From NCBI GenBank assembly GCA_021813685.1, contig JAKAJS010000238.1, positions 842-64,841 of the forward strand: a stretch of 64,000 bases of DNA, given 5' to 3'. The position numbers and the translations under genes are program-made. Shown here one piece after another: positions 17,195-27,005 of the stretch (within the stretch, counting starts at the first letter, position 1; every line of letters begins with the position of its first letter). The notes below the pieces were generated by a model. That model did not search any database. It was given only the letters and a program-made list of their open reading frames with translations, and was not told the DNA's origin. The stretch comes from Deltaproteobacteria bacterium. GTDB taxonomy: Bacteria > Desulfobacterota > Syntrophobacteria > Syntrophobacterales > Syntrophobacteraceae.

Positions 17195-17573
17195 CACCGG
17201 GTTCTTCCTCGAGCTTTTAAACGGCAATACCGAAGCGATAATTCTCTGGGAGTCCTGCATCGACGATCGGGTGGATTTTGCTGTCTCCGCCCTGAGTCTT
17301 TTTGAAGTCGAACGCCTCGGCCTAAAGGGAAAATTGAAGAATTTCGAAGCCGTTTTGGATGCGATAAATGATGTCACGTTCGTAGTGTGGCTGGACCAGG
17401 AGATATTGAGCAAGGCCGCCCGATTGGCTCATGGATCGGGGATTCCCGCCGTTGATTCGTTAATCTTGGCCTCTTTGATATCTGCTGACTGCTGTGATAT
17501 TTATACGACGGATTCCCATTTCGAGGCTTATCATAATAATAAAGTCACCGTCAGGAATTTGCGGAAAGCCTGA
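17181..17573 (+). CDS. vapC: PIN-domain ribonuclease toxin (VapC family)
   Basis: 'MIGLDTGFFLELL' carries the N-terminal acidic D. A later 'D' occurs in 'AVDSLILAS' and a C-terminal one in 'IYTTDSHF'. Size (~130 aa) and pairing with the RHH antitoxin fit the family. Confidence 0.8.
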   Translation: MIGLDTGFFLELLNGNTEAIILWESCIDDRVDFAVSALSLFEVERLGLKGKLKNFEAVLDAINDVTFVVWLDQEILSKAARLAHGSGIPAVDSLILASLISADCCDIYTTDSHFEAYHNNKVTVRNLRKA

Positions 17574-17874
17574 CGAACGGAGAGCCAATTGAGTCGGGCA
17601 TAATCTCGCGTTCACATTGCCCGGGATTTTGCCACCCTGCAACCAATTTGCGGAGTAGATGTTACTGCGTTTTGAACGCGGTGCTATTGGCCCTATTTTT
17701 GGAGAAGTGAGCCTCGGCAGCGCGTTGCAGTCAAATATCCGAGTCTCGATTTATCTGCCAGCCCGCTCCCGGGTGGTCTCGATCGCCTCCTATCCTTCAT
17801 GGAGGGCAACAGGCGAGCGCCGCCCGTCGAGCCTCCAGATTCATACCGATTTTCATCACGATTGACAGTCGGGA

Positions 17875-18165
17875 TCATCTGTTCTTCCAATAGTCGGGCC
17901 TTCTGCTAAGGTGGGCGACTGCAACGATTTGAATCTTTACTGAGTCATGCCGGTAGACAAGAGAAAAAGGAAATCGTCTTAAGAAAAAGCGTCTCGTCCC
18001 GTGTCTGAACGGCGGCCACAAATCAGGGTTTTTTCTGATGGAATTGACAGCCATTCGAATTGCGTCAATGAAAGCCATTCCCAATCCGGGTGATTTGTCT
18101 TCGTACCAGGAACGGGCTTCCTCGGTCTCGCGGTATGCTTCCGGATGGAATTCAACCCGCCTCAC
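17875..18165 (-). CDS. RelE/ParE-family type II toxin
   Basis: 96 aa. 'FPFSLVYRHDSVKIQIVAVAHLSRRPDYWKNR' is a typical ParE/RelE C-terminus. It overlaps the upstream antitoxin gene by 14 nt. Confidence 0.75.
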   Translation of the reverse strand: MRRVEFHPEAYRETEEARSWYEDKSPGLGMAFIDAIRMAVNSIRKNPDLWPPFRHGTRRFFLRRFPFSLVYRHDSVKIQIVAVAHLSRRPDYWKNR

Positions 18166-18412
18166 TGGAGTTTCTCATGAGTCGTTCTTGTACCTCCTCC
18201 CAAGAGATACACGCAACCTTTCCGCCGTCGAGTTCCGAAATCCGCTTTTCGACTTCAGTCTGCCATGCGAATTCCACGTCAATATCAATTTGGCGGTCCA
18301 AACTTTCCAAGAGCCGCTGTGCTATCTCAGCTCGTTCTCTCGCAGGCATTTTTAACGCCAGTTCCAGTATCTTGCGTGCTTCCTCAACCATTGATATCTC
18401 CTTTCGCGCCAT
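18152..18412 (-). CDS. Putative addiction-module antitoxin component (TIGR02574-like)
   Basis: 86 aa. 'LPARERAEIAQRLLESLD...AWQTEVEKRISELDGG' matches the 'putative addiction module component' pattern. Confidence 0.7.
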   Translation of the reverse strand: MARKEISMVEEARKILELALKMPARERAEIAQRLLESLDRQIDIDVEFAWQTEVEKRISELDGGKVACISWEEVQERLMRNSSEAG

Positions 18413-18705
18413 AAGATGGGCGACGAAATCGCAACGTGTCCAGAGGGTTACAATCCCATCGGCGCAGCTCTCTTTTCCACCTTAACCAACATCAGATTTT
18501 TTTGCAAATGTGAACGTCACTGGGCGGCTTTGGATATGGCAGCCATCGCCTCGCTGTCGGCCAAGTCAGGTTCCATTCCTGCCAGTGTTCCGCCCCGAAT
18601 ACATGTTCCCCAAGATAATCTCTGAAATAGGCAGCGGGTATGTCAATTGTCTATACAGATCGGTGCGCACCGTCCTGCATGCGGGATGGCGGCGGGCCCG
18701 GGCAG

Positions 18706-18773
18706 TCGCCGAAAGCGCAAAATGAGCCGCGTAGCGGCGTGGGGGTGCAGGGGGCGATAGCCCCCGCGCTTTT
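18706..18773 (-). terminator. Copy 3 of the GC-rich double-hairpin repeat, immediately 3' of hutI (terminator-like)
   Basis: The reverse complement reads 'AAAAGCGCGGGGGCTATCGCCCCCTGCACCCCCACGCCGCTACGCGGCTCATTTTGCGCTTTCGGCGA'. The second hairpin is followed by TCATTTTG. It starts 13 nt after the hutI stop. Confidence 0.6.
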
Positions 18774-18785
18774 CAACGGCAGTGA

Positions 18786-20015
18786 TTACAGATTACAGAT
18801 ACATCCTTCCTTCACCACCGTGCGCAGCGGGTTGCCGCCGAATTGGCAGGCGAGCTCGGCCGGCGAGGCGATGTTCCAGATGGCCAGATCGGCGGCTTTG
18901 CCGGGCGAAAGGGTGCCGATTTCACTCTCGAGGCCCAGGGCTCGGGCGGCGTGTTTGGTGGCGCCGGCCAGGGCTTCGGCGGGCGTGAGTTCGAAGAGCA
19001 CGCAGCTCATATTCATGATTGTCGGTAGCGACAGGCAGGGGCTGGTGCCCGGGTTGTGGTCGGTGCTCACGGCGATGGGGACGCCCGCATCGCGGAGTGC
19101 CCGCACGGGCGGTTTTCGGGTCTCGTGGAGGAAGTAGAAGGCACCGGGAAGCAGAACGGCCGTACACCCTTTGAGCAGGGGCACATCGGCAGGATCGAGA
19201 CATTCCAGGTGGTCCACACTGAGAGCGTTGCAGCGTGCGGCAAGAACCGCTCCCTTGGAGTCGGACAATTGTTCTGCGTGGAGCTTCACGGCCAGTCCGT
19301 GAGCCGCAGCCGCCCGGAAGACCCGTTCGGTCTGTTCGGGGCTAAACGCGATCGTTTCGCAAAAGACGTCTACGGCGGAAGCGAGCTTTCGGGCGGCTAT
19401 GGCGGGCACCATTTTTTCCACGACGAGGGCAATATAGTCGTCTGGCCGGTTTTTGAACTCCGGGGGCAGGGCGTGGGCGCCCAGAAAGGTGGCGCGGACA
19501 TCCACGGGCAGGGCCTGGCCCAGGCGGCGGATGACCTTGAGCATTTTGATCTCGTTTTCGACATCGAGTCCGTAGCCGCTCTTGATCTCCACGGTGGTGA
19601 CGCCGCAGGCGAGCAGGGCCGCTAAGCGCGGGAGGCTCTGCTGAAAGAGCGTGTCTTCATCGGCCTCGCGCACCGCGCGCACCGTGCTCACGATGCCTCC
19701 GCCCGCCCGGGCGATCTCCTCGTAGCTTGCGCCGCCAAGGCGCATTTCAAATTCCCTGGCGCGGTTTCCGGCGTACACCAGGTGGGTGTGGCAGTCGACG
19801 AGCCCGGGGGTGATCCAGGCGCCCCCGAGGCGATGGATGGTTTTGGCGTTCGCCATCGCCTCGGGGGGAAGTGCTCCGGCCGCACCGACCCAGATGATGC
19901 GGCCTTTGTCCACGGCGAGAGCGCCGTCTTCGATCGCGCCGTATCCGCGCTCCTCCGTCAGGGTCGCCAGATTGGTGTCCAGCCACAACGAGTCAAACGG
20001 TTTTGAAAGGGTCAT
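18786..20015 (-). CDS. hutI: Imidazolonepropionase
   Basis: ATG at 20015 overlaps the ftcD stop (ATGA). Amidohydrolase metal motif '[13 protein letters not shown]', 'KLHAEQLS' and '[10 protein letters not shown]' are typical of HutI. Confidence 0.93.
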   Translation of the reverse strand: MTLSKPFDSLWLDTNLATLTEERGYGAIEDGALAVDKGRIIWVGAAGALPPEAMANAKTIHRLGGAWITPGLVDCHTHLVYAGNRAREFEMRLGGASYEEIARAGGGIVSTVRAVREADEDTLFQQSLPRLAALLACGVTTVEIKSGYGLDVENEIKMLKVIRRLGQALPVDVRATFLGAHALPPEFKNRPDDYIALVVEKMVPAIAARKLASAVDVFCETIAFSPEQTERVFRAAAAHGLAVKLHAEQLSDSKGAVLAARCNALSVDHLECLDPADVPLLKGCTAVLLPGAFYFLHETRKPPVRALRDAGVPIAVSTDHNPGTSPCLSLPTIMNMSCVLFELTPAEALAGATKHAARALGLESEIGTLSPGKAADLAIWNIASPAELACQFGGNPLRTVVKEGCICNL

Positions 20016-21634
20016 GTTGAGCGCTTTTCCAGGATGTCTAGAACCTGCGCGCATTTTTGCTTCGCGCGTTCGGCCAGTTTCCGGGCTTCTTCCAGAATGG
20101 TGGTTTTGTATGCCTCGTCGGCGATATCGACGAGATTTATGAGCACGTTCTGCCAGGCGCCCCAGATACCGACTTCGAGGGCGCGCGCGCCCACCTGCAC
20201 ATCGGATTTGGAGGCGATATTGCCGTAGGTGGCCGCATCGATCATGGCATCCCAGGCCTCGTCTGCGATGCGCATGGTGGTAAGAGGCACCTCCACGGCG
20301 GTCTTTAGACCCTCCTGGATGGCTTTTTTCCGGATGGCTTTGTTCTCGTCGCTATCCCGGGGCATGCGCAGGGCTTCCACATAGTCGGCAAAGGCATTGG
20401 TGTCGGCGTCGATCATGGGAATGAGTTTCTGGGTGACGGCGTGCAGCGTCGGGATGATGTTGCGCATTTGAGCGTCGACCTTTTCGAACTTTTTCACCCC
20501 GTAGGTGAGCTTGGCGACCATGGCGCCAAGACCGGCGCCGACTGCCGCCATTTGGGCGGATACACTGCCTCCGCCAGGGGCCGAGGAACGCGAGGCGACC
20601 TCTTCGATAAACCCCCGTAGAGTCAGTGAGGCCAGAGGTTCGACGGGTTTTTCCCGCACCACGTATTCGATGATGCGCTCTGCCGGATTGAAGGGGGCGA
20701 CCGAATTTAGCCCCAGGCGATCGATGGCGAGGCGCACCTTCCGGTCTTCCTCGTAGAGAAAGAGGTTTTCCTTTTCGATGTAGTAGTCTGCGGCCATCAG
20801 CAGGGCTTCGAGTGGAATCAGCCCCACGATTTCCGATCCGGCCACCCCCACGCTCAGTTCGGCGGCATCCTTTTTCACCTCCTCAAAGAGCACGTGGAGG
20901 GGTGTGACCGTGTAGTCGGTAAGATTCACGGTCACCTGGGCCATGTTGTACTCACCCACGAACCACCCCATGCCTTTTACGGCCTTTAGCCGGCCGGGCT
21001 GTTTTTCCCCACGCCCGGCTTCCCGCAGGTTCAGCGCGATGCGGTGAGCCTGATTGGATGTACCCAGGATATTGACATTATAGGCAATCAGGAACATGCG
21101 TGCGCCAGTCGCTGTCGCACCCCAGGACGGGACAAACGCGGCGGGGCCGAAATCGGGTTTCCAGGCCGGATCCCGGAGCTTTTTGGGCAGCCCTTCGTAT
21201 TCGCCCCTGCGAATATCGGGGAGTGTCCGGCGGTAGTCCTGCCTGGCCGCATTCTCATAGAGGTAGACCGGCACGTTCAGCTCTTCGCCCAGCCTGCGGC
21301 CGAAGGTTTCGGCAATGGCGACGCACTCCTCCATGGTGATATTGGCCACGGGGACGAACGGGCAAACATCCAGGGCGCCAAAACGGGGGTGTTCGCCCTT
21401 GTGGTGGGACATGTCGATGCGCGCTCCGGCCTCCCTGGCCGCATTGAGGGCGCCTTCGACGATCGATTCGGGATCTCCGACAAAGGTGATGACCGTTCGA
21501 TTCGTGCTGGCGCCCGGATTGACATCGAGAAGGGTGCACCCCGGCGTTTCACTTATGGCGCGCGCGATGGCGTCGATGGTTTCCCTGTTGCGGCCTTCCG
21601 AAAAATTGGGAACACATTGAACAATTTTTTTCAT
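20012..21634 (-). CDS. ftcD: Bifunctional glutamate formimidoyltransferase / formimidoyltetrahydrofolate cyclodeaminase (FTCD-like)
   Basis: 540 aa. The N-terminus '[17 protein letters not shown]' is the formiminotransferase signature. The C-terminal ~200 aa ('[26 protein letters not shown]-like') is cyclodeaminase-like. Its start overlaps the hutU stop. Confidence 0.88.
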   Translation of the reverse strand: MKKIVQCVPNFSEGRNRETIDAIARAISETPGCTLLDVNPGASTNRTVITFVGDPESIVEGALNAAREAGARIDMSHHKGEHPRFGALDVCPFVPVANITMEECVAIAETFGRRLGEELNVPVYLYENAARQDYRRTLPDIRRGEYEGLPKKLRDPAWKPDFGPAAFVPSWGATATGARMFLIAYNVNILGTSNQAHRIALNLREAGRGEKQPGRLKAVKGMGWFVGEYNMAQVTVNLTDYTVTPLHVLFEEVKKDAAELSVGVAGSEIVGLIPLEALLMAADYYIEKENLFLYEEDRKVRLAIDRLGLNSVAPFNPAERIIEYVVREKPVEPLASLTLRGFIEEVASRSSAPGGGSVSAQMAAVGAGLGAMVAKLTYGVKKFEKVDAQMRNIIPTLHAVTQKLIPMIDADTNAFADYVEALRMPRDSDENKAIRKKAIQEGLKTAVEVPLTTMRIADEAWDAMIDAATYGNIASKSDVQVGARALEVGIWGAWQNVLINLVDIADEAYKTTILEEARKLAERAKQKCAQVLDILEKRST

Positions 21635-23685
21635 GAGTTGCTGTAATCCTTACCGTACGTTCCATCGGCGACGAGCTTATCGAGCCAGGCCTCGTCGGCC
21701 AGATAGGGCAGGGTGATATGGTCTTTTCCCTCCCGCAGCGTGTTGTATTCGACGCAGGTTGTGATGGAATTGTCATTTCGGGCCCAGGCTCTTCGAGCAA
21801 CGCCGACCATGACATCCCAGAGCATGGCCCGTTCGATGATTGCGTCTATGCGGCTGCTGCCGTCGAGCACCAGCCCGAAGCCGCCGTTTATGGCCTTGCC
21901 GATCCCCACGCCGCCGCCGTTGTGCAGCGATACGAGGCTCATGCCTCTTGCGGCGTTTCCGGCATAGCAGTGAGTGGCCATATCCGCCATGATATTGCTG
22001 CCGTCTTTGATGTTGGCGGTCTCACGGTACGGCGAATCGGTGCCGCCGGCATCGTGATGGTCGCGGCCGAGCATCACGGGGCCGATCACGCCTTTTCGCA
22101 CCAGTTCGTTGAAGGCCAGGGCGATTTTTCTGCGGCCCATGGCATCCGAGTAGAGGATGCGCGCCTGGGTTCCCACGACGAGTTTGTTTTTTCCCGCATC
22201 CCGTACCCACGCCCAGTTGTCACGGTCCTGGAAGCGGCGTTCGGGATCGATGCAGGACATGGCGGTCATGTCCGTTGTGTGCAGGTCTTCGGGTTTTCCG
22301 CTGAGGCAGACCCAGCGAAAGGGTCCGTAGCCGTAGTCGAAAAGGAGAGGTCCCATCAGATCTTCCACATAGGAGGGCCAGATGAAGCCGTCCAGGGTAT
22401 CTTTGCCGTTTTTGCAGATTGCCTGCACACCGGCATCGAAAACCGCCTTGAGGAAGCTGTTGCCGTAGTCGAAAAAGTAGGTGCCGGCATCTGTCAGCTT
22501 TTTGATCAGCCCATAGTGGGTGACCAGCGACTTGTCCACCAGTTCCCTGAACCTGGCCCGGTCGGTGCGAAGCATCTCGGTGCGCTCTTCGAAGGTCAGG
22601 CCCTGCGGGCAATAGCCGCCGTCATAGGCCACGTGGCAGGATGTCTGATCGGAGAGAAGCTCTATTTTTTCCCCATGGTCGACCGCATACTGCAGCAGAT
22701 CGACGATGTTGCCATGGAAGGCAATGGCTATGCCTTCCTTTTTCGCCTGGTACTCGCGGGCGATTGCAAAGGCTTGCGCGGGGTCTTCCACGACCCTGGA
22801 AACCCAGCCCTGCTCGTGGCGGGTCTTGATGCGGGAGGCGTCCACCTCAGCGATAATGCCCGCGCCGCGAGCGATCACCACTGCTTTTCCCTGAGCGCCG
22901 CTCATGCCGCCAAGGCCCGAGGAGACGAACAATATCCCGGCCATGTCGCTGTTTGCCCCGATGCCCAGTTTCTGGCGGCAGGCGTTCAAAAGGGTGGCAT
23001 AGGTGCCGTGGACGATGCCCTGGGGGCCGATGTACATCCAGCCTCCGGCGGTCATCTGTCCGTAGTTGGCAACCCCGATTGCTGTGGCCCGGCGCCAGTT
23101 TTCCTGGTCGTCGAAAAGCCCTACCATGAGGCTGTTGGAGATGATGACGCGGGGAGCTTCGGGGGTGGAGGCGAAAAGTCCCAGGGGATGTCCGGAAAGC
23201 ACCGCCAGGGTTTGGTCCCGGGTCATGATCTGCAGGTAGCGTTTGATGATCCGGTACTGCATCCAGTTCTGGCACACCTGGCCGGTTTCTCCGTAGGTGA
23301 CCAGTTCATAGGGATAGAGGGCCACGTCGAAATCGAGGTTATTGTCGATCATGACCTGGAAGGCTTTACCCTCGATGCAGTTCCCTTCGTACTGGTCGAT
23401 GGGCCGGCCCTTGATGTGGCCTTCGGGGCGGAAGCGATAGGCGTAGATCCGGCCCGTGGTGAGCAGTTCGTCGAGAAACTCCGGTCCGAGGACGCTGTGC
23501 CATTTTTCGGGCACGTATCGTAAGGCGTTTTTGAGCGCCAGTTTGATGTCCGCCTGGTTGAGCGTCATGTCGCGCTTGGGGGCACGGCGGATATTCTCTA
23601 CAAATGGTTTTTTTTCCGGAAGCTCGGGAAAGATATCTTCGAGTTTGACCTTCATAGCAGCGGCTATTTCCTTGTTTGTAGCCAT
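21631..23685 (-). CDS. hutU: Urocanate hydratase, long (~680 aa, eukaryote-like) form
   Basis: 684 aa. 'YGETGQVCQNWMQY', 'GQMTAGGWMYIGPQGIVHGTY' and 'GLGGMSGAQ' are urocanase core motifs. The length and N-terminal extension resemble the long form rather than the ~555-aa bacterial type. Confidence 0.92.
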   Translation of the reverse strand: MATNKEIAAAMKVKLEDIFPELPEKKPFVENIRRAPKRDMTLNQADIKLALKNALRYVPEKWHSVLGPEFLDELLTTGRIYAYRFRPEGHIKGRPIDQYEGNCIEGKAFQVMIDNNLDFDVALYPYELVTYGETGQVCQNWMQYRIIKRYLQIMTRDQTLAVLSGHPLGLFASTPEAPRVIISNSLMVGLFDDQENWRRATAIGVANYGQMTAGGWMYIGPQGIVHGTYATLLNACRQKLGIGANSDMAGILFVSSGLGGMSGAQGKAVVIARGAGIIAEVDASRIKTRHEQGWVSRVVEDPAQAFAIAREYQAKKEGIAIAFHGNIVDLLQYAVDHGEKIELLSDQTSCHVAYDGGYCPQGLTFEERTEMLRTDRARFRELVDKSLVTHYGLIKKLTDAGTYFFDYGNSFLKAVFDAGVQAICKNGKDTLDGFIWPSYVEDLMGPLLFDYGYGPFRWVCLSGKPEDLHTTDMTAMSCIDPERRFQDRDNWAWVRDAGKNKLVVGTQARILYSDAMGRRKIALAFNELVRKGVIGPVMLGRDHHDAGGTDSPYRETANIKDGSNIMADMATHCYAGNAARGMSLVSLHNGGGVGIGKAINGGFGLVLDGSSRIDAIIERAMLWDVMVGVARRAWARNDNSITTCVEYNTLREGKDHITLPYLADEAWLDKLVADGTYGKDYSNS

Positions 23686-23852
23686 GGGTTTTCTCCTTCG
23701 GAAGTAAATGTGTATAATAATTCGGGGTTCTCAAGTCTGGGAGAAACGAGCCCGGAGACGGTCGTTCCTTCGCTCAACTGCTGTTGCAGAGGAAAATGCG
23801 GGCGGGTTTTTGCTTGACCCCGGTTTCGGATGGGTTTACATATCGCGCCACG

Positions 23853-23875
23853 CTTTTGGCTTGTCAAGCAAAAAG
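23853..23875. promoter_or_regulatory. Near-perfect 11-bp inverted repeat in the hutU/hutH divergent region (candidate operator)
   Basis: CTTTTGGCTTG-T-CAAGCAAAAAG has 1 mismatch between arms. It lies 67 nt upstream of the hutH ATG and just downstream of a weak TTGACC-n17-TACATA (23814..23842). Confidence 0.3.
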
Positions 23876-23941
23876 AGCGGTACACAGGAGCCTCCTGCCC
23901 GGTGCGCTTTGAACATAAATAACCATTAAAAGAGAGTTATT

Positions 23942-25477
23942 ATGAGTTTGCAGACGATTCTTCTCGATTTTGACGGTATGAGCCTGGAAGAACTGATAGC
24001 CATTGCCCGAAACGGGGCAAGCGTTGCGATTTCCAGTCGAGCCGAAGAGCGCATCCTCGCCACCCGCCGGTTGATAGATCGCTGGGTGCGGGAGGGCCGG
24101 GTGATATACGGCGTCACGACGGGTTTTGGGGCCTTGAGCAAGGTGACCATCTCCGAGCAGGACACCCGTCAGCTCCAGTTCAATATTCTGGCCAGCCACT
24201 CGGCAGGAGTCGGCGCACTGTTGGATGATGAGGCGGTAAGAGCCATTATGGCGCTGCGCATCAAGGACATGGCGCGGGGCCATTCCGGTATTCGGCTCGA
24301 AACTCTGCGGCTTCTGATCGAGCTGCTAAACCGCGGCGTGATCCCCTGCGTCCCGGAAAAGGGTTCGGTGGGGGCGAGCGGAGATCTGGTGCCGCTCGCA
24401 CACCTTGGCTCGGTATTGATCGGGGAGGGGGAAGCGTTCTACCAGGGGAGAAGGATGAGCGGGCGGGAAGCCTTGAGCGCTGTGGGCCTTGAGCCGGTGA
24501 GCCTGGAATCCGCCGAAGGTCTGGCCCTGATAAACGGAACCCAGGCCATGACCGGCATAGGGGGGCTGGCCGTCTACGATGCCGAGCAGTTGTGCCGGCA
24601 TACCGACATAGCGGCCGCCATGAGCCTGGAAGTCCTCATGGGCAGCCGTACGGAATTCAATCCGGCTATCCAGAAAGTGCGACCCCATCCCGGCCAGGCA
24701 GCGGCCGCCGACAACATGCTGCGCATGACCCGGGATAGCGAGATCATCTCTTCCCACAAAGACTGCTCGAGAGTTCAGGACGCCTACACCCTGCGCTGTT
24801 CCCCGCAGGTGCACGGCGCCAGTCACGACACCATCCAGTACGCCCGCAAGGTCCTGGAAACCGAAATGAATTCCTCCACCAACAACCCGCTGTTCTTTTA
24901 TGAAACCGAAGAGTTTTTGCTCGGCGGAAACTTTCACGGGCAGCCCGTGGGATTCGCCATGGACTTTCTGGCCATCGCCGCGGCCGAGCTCGCCAATATT
25001 TCCGAACGGCGCATCGAGCGGCTGGTAAACCCGATGCTGAGCGGTCTACCCGGTTTTCTCATCAGCGAGGGAGGCCTCAATTCGGGGTTCATGATCGCCC
25101 AGTATACTGCGGCGGCCTTGGTGTCGGAAAACAAGGTGCTGGCCCACCCGGCTACGGTGGACTCCATTCCCACCTCGGCCAACAAGGAAGACCACGTTTC
25201 CATGGGGACCATCGCCGCGCGCAAAGCCCGCGAAATCGTGGGCAACGCCGAGAATGTGCTGGCGATCGAACTGCTGTGCGCGGCGCAGGCCCTGGATATG
25301 TTTACCAACTTAAAGCCCGGGGAGGGCACCCGGAGGGCCTACGAGGTGATCCGGGAGTGCGTTACCCACATGGACCGTGACCGCTTTCTTTCTCGCGACA
25401 TCGCGGCGGTAAAGGCGCTCATGAAGTCGGGCCGCCTGCTGCGGGCGGTCGAAGAAACCGTCGGCCCCTTGCATTGA
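23942..25477 (+). CDS. hutH: Histidine ammonia-lyase
   Basis: 511 aa. MIO-forming 'GSVGASGDLVPLAH'. 'GLALINGTQ' and 'QDAYTLRCSPQVHG' are typical of HAL/PAL family members. Confidence 0.95.
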   Translation: MSLQTILLDFDGMSLEELIAIARNGASVAISSRAEERILATRRLIDRWVREGRVIYGVTTGFGALSKVTISEQDTRQLQFNILASHSAGVGALLDDEAVRAIMALRIKDMARGHSGIRLETLRLLIELLNRGVIPCVPEKGSVGASGDLVPLAHLGSVLIGEGEAFYQGRRMSGREALSAVGLEPVSLESAEGLALINGTQAMTGIGGLAVYDAEQLCRHTDIAAAMSLEVLMGSRTEFNPAIQKVRPHPGQAAAADNMLRMTRDSEIISSHKDCSRVQDAYTLRCSPQVHGASHDTIQYARKVLETEMNSSTNNPLFFYETEEFLLGGNFHGQPVGFAMDFLAIAAAELANISERRIERLVNPMLSGLPGFLISEGGLNSGFMIAQYTAAALVSENKVLAHPATVDSIPTSANKEDHVSMGTIAARKAREIVGNAENVLAIELLCAAQALDMFTNLKPGEGTRRAYEVIRECVTHMDRDRFLSRDIAAVKALMKSGRLLRAVEETVGPLH

Positions 25478-25766
25478 TCCGCAGCGATCGATCTGCCCTG
25501 TATTGACAGCTGGTAAGCAATATTTAGCTTTTAGCCAGCTTACGGGGTCAGGTTTTAATTTGCGCCCTTTCCTGTCCTCATAAATTTCTCCTCATCGAAA
25601 GCTCCGCCGGGAACTGCTCCCGGGGTAAACCCGGGGGGGCAGTGGAACGGCTCTCTCGTTTCGCCAATGCGAGCACGGAGGACAAAGGCGTATGGAGGGA
25701 TACCGCGCTAAGATTCGCCATGGGACCGGCAGCACAGCGATCAGGGGGACTTTGCCCACGGTCCGT

Positions 25767-27005
25767 ATGCTCCGGGCGCTGCGATGGATTTGCCGAATTT
25801 TCCCCGGGGACTTCGTGTTCAGCCTCGAGGAGAAACCCCTTCTCGATAAGGCATCAAAACTGACCGGCATTGAGGCGAGGGGGGATGGACCGTTTCAGGA
25901 GGCGTTCAGAATTCTTCTCAACTCACTTCGCCGTGACGGACATCTGCATTTTATCGGCCGTGCGTGCGCCTACAGCGATATCCTGCGCATGCTCTGCGAT
26001 CGTCTCCTTGTGTTGGAGGAGCGCAGGCGCAACCCTCAGATTTGCGAGCAGGTCATCAGACGACCGCTTTTCATTACGGGATTTCCAAGGACCGGTTCAA
26101 CATTGTTGCATGCCTTGCTGGCGCAGGATGTCTCCTGCCGCTCCCCGCAGATTTGGGAGGTGATGCACCCGTGCCCGCCCCCCACGGGCATGACCTACAA
26201 CAGAGATCCGCGCATTTTCAGAACCGCAAGAGAACTGAAGTGGCTCGACATCGTCATGCCGGATTTCAAAAGGGCTCACCTGATCGATGCCAGGCTGCCC
26301 CAGGAGTGCATTGCGATTACCGGGCACACTTTTATCAGTTATCTTTTCGAATCGATGTATTTTGTCGATTCCTACCGTGCCTGGCACGAGAGCCGGGACA
26401 AGCGCCCCGCGTACGAATACCACAGAAAATTCCTTCAACATCTGCAGTGGCGTGCTCCGGGGACCCACTGGGTGCTCAAGTCTCCCAGTCACCTTTTTGC
26501 GCTGGAGGCGCTCCTGCAGGTCTACCCCGATGCGAGGCTCGTTCTCACCCATCGGGACCCGCTAAAAGTGCTGCCCTCATGCGCAAGCTTTACGGAAGTG
26601 TTGCGGGGGGCCTTCACGGATTGTCTGGACAGGAAAAAGCTTGGCGCCGAAATATCCCACCACTGGCAAAGGGGGGCGCGCGTCGCCATGGAGTTTTGCC
26701 GAAGCGAGGCCGGTTCGGGAGGGCGGCTTGTAAACGTCATGTACACCGATCTCATGAGGGAGCCGATGGCCGAAGTCAGGCGAATTTACAGACACTTCGA
26801 TATGAAACTGACGGCGGCAACAGAGACGGCGATGAGACGTTTTCTGGCGCAAAACCCTCCCAACAAGAACGGAAAGCATAACTATTCCCTGGAAAAGTTC
26901 GCATTGGACCGTGAAGCCGAAACACGCCGCTTCGACTCTTATACGAACTTTTTCGGGATCGAACCCGAGTGTGATATGAATATTGCTGACAATGGCGATC
27001 GATAA
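25767..27005 (+). CDS. Sulfotransferase-family protein (PAPS-dependent type)
   Basis: 5'-PSB loop 'FITGFPRTGSTLLHALL'. 'WVLKSPSHL' is 3'-PB-like. The ATG at 25767 is chosen over the ORF-track 25692, so the start is uncertain. Confidence 0.8.
   Translation: MLRALRWICRIFPGDFVFSLEEKPLLDKASKLTGIEARGDGPFQEAFRILLNSLRRDGHLHFIGRACAYSDILRMLCDRLLVLEERRRNPQICEQVIRRPLFITGFPRTGSTLLHALLAQDVSCRSPQIWEVMHPCPPPTGMTYNRDPRIFRTARELKWLDIVMPDFKRAHLIDARLPQECIAITGHTFISYLFESMYFVDSYRAWHESRDKRPAYEYHRKFLQHLQWRAPGTHWVLKSPSHLFALEALLQVYPDARLVLTHRDPLKVLPSCASFTEVLRGAFTDCLDRKKLGAEISHHWQRGARVAMEFCRSEAGSGGRLVNVMYTDLMREPMAEVRRIYRHFDMKLTAATETAMRRFLAQNPPNKNGKHNYSLEKFALDREAETRRFDSYTNFFGIEPECDMNIADNGDR

Noticed and set aside
21718-23523. 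601-aa plus-strand ORF.
   Set aside because: It is entirely antisense to hutU, which has unmistakable urocanase motifs. The product is Ala/Gly/Val/Asp-rich and motif-free, as expected for open antisense frames in GC-rich DNA.
23857-23871. Possible sigma-54 promoter (TGGC...GCA) upstream of hutH.
   Set aside because: The GG and GC elements are 2 nt too close compared with the TGGCAC-n5-TTGC spacing. The sequence is better explained as one arm of the palindrome reported above.
25504-25545. Possible promoter (TTGACA) or imperfect hairpin downstream of hutH.
   Set aside because: The spacing to any -10-like hexamer is wrong. The hairpin arms are imperfect and are not followed by a T-run.
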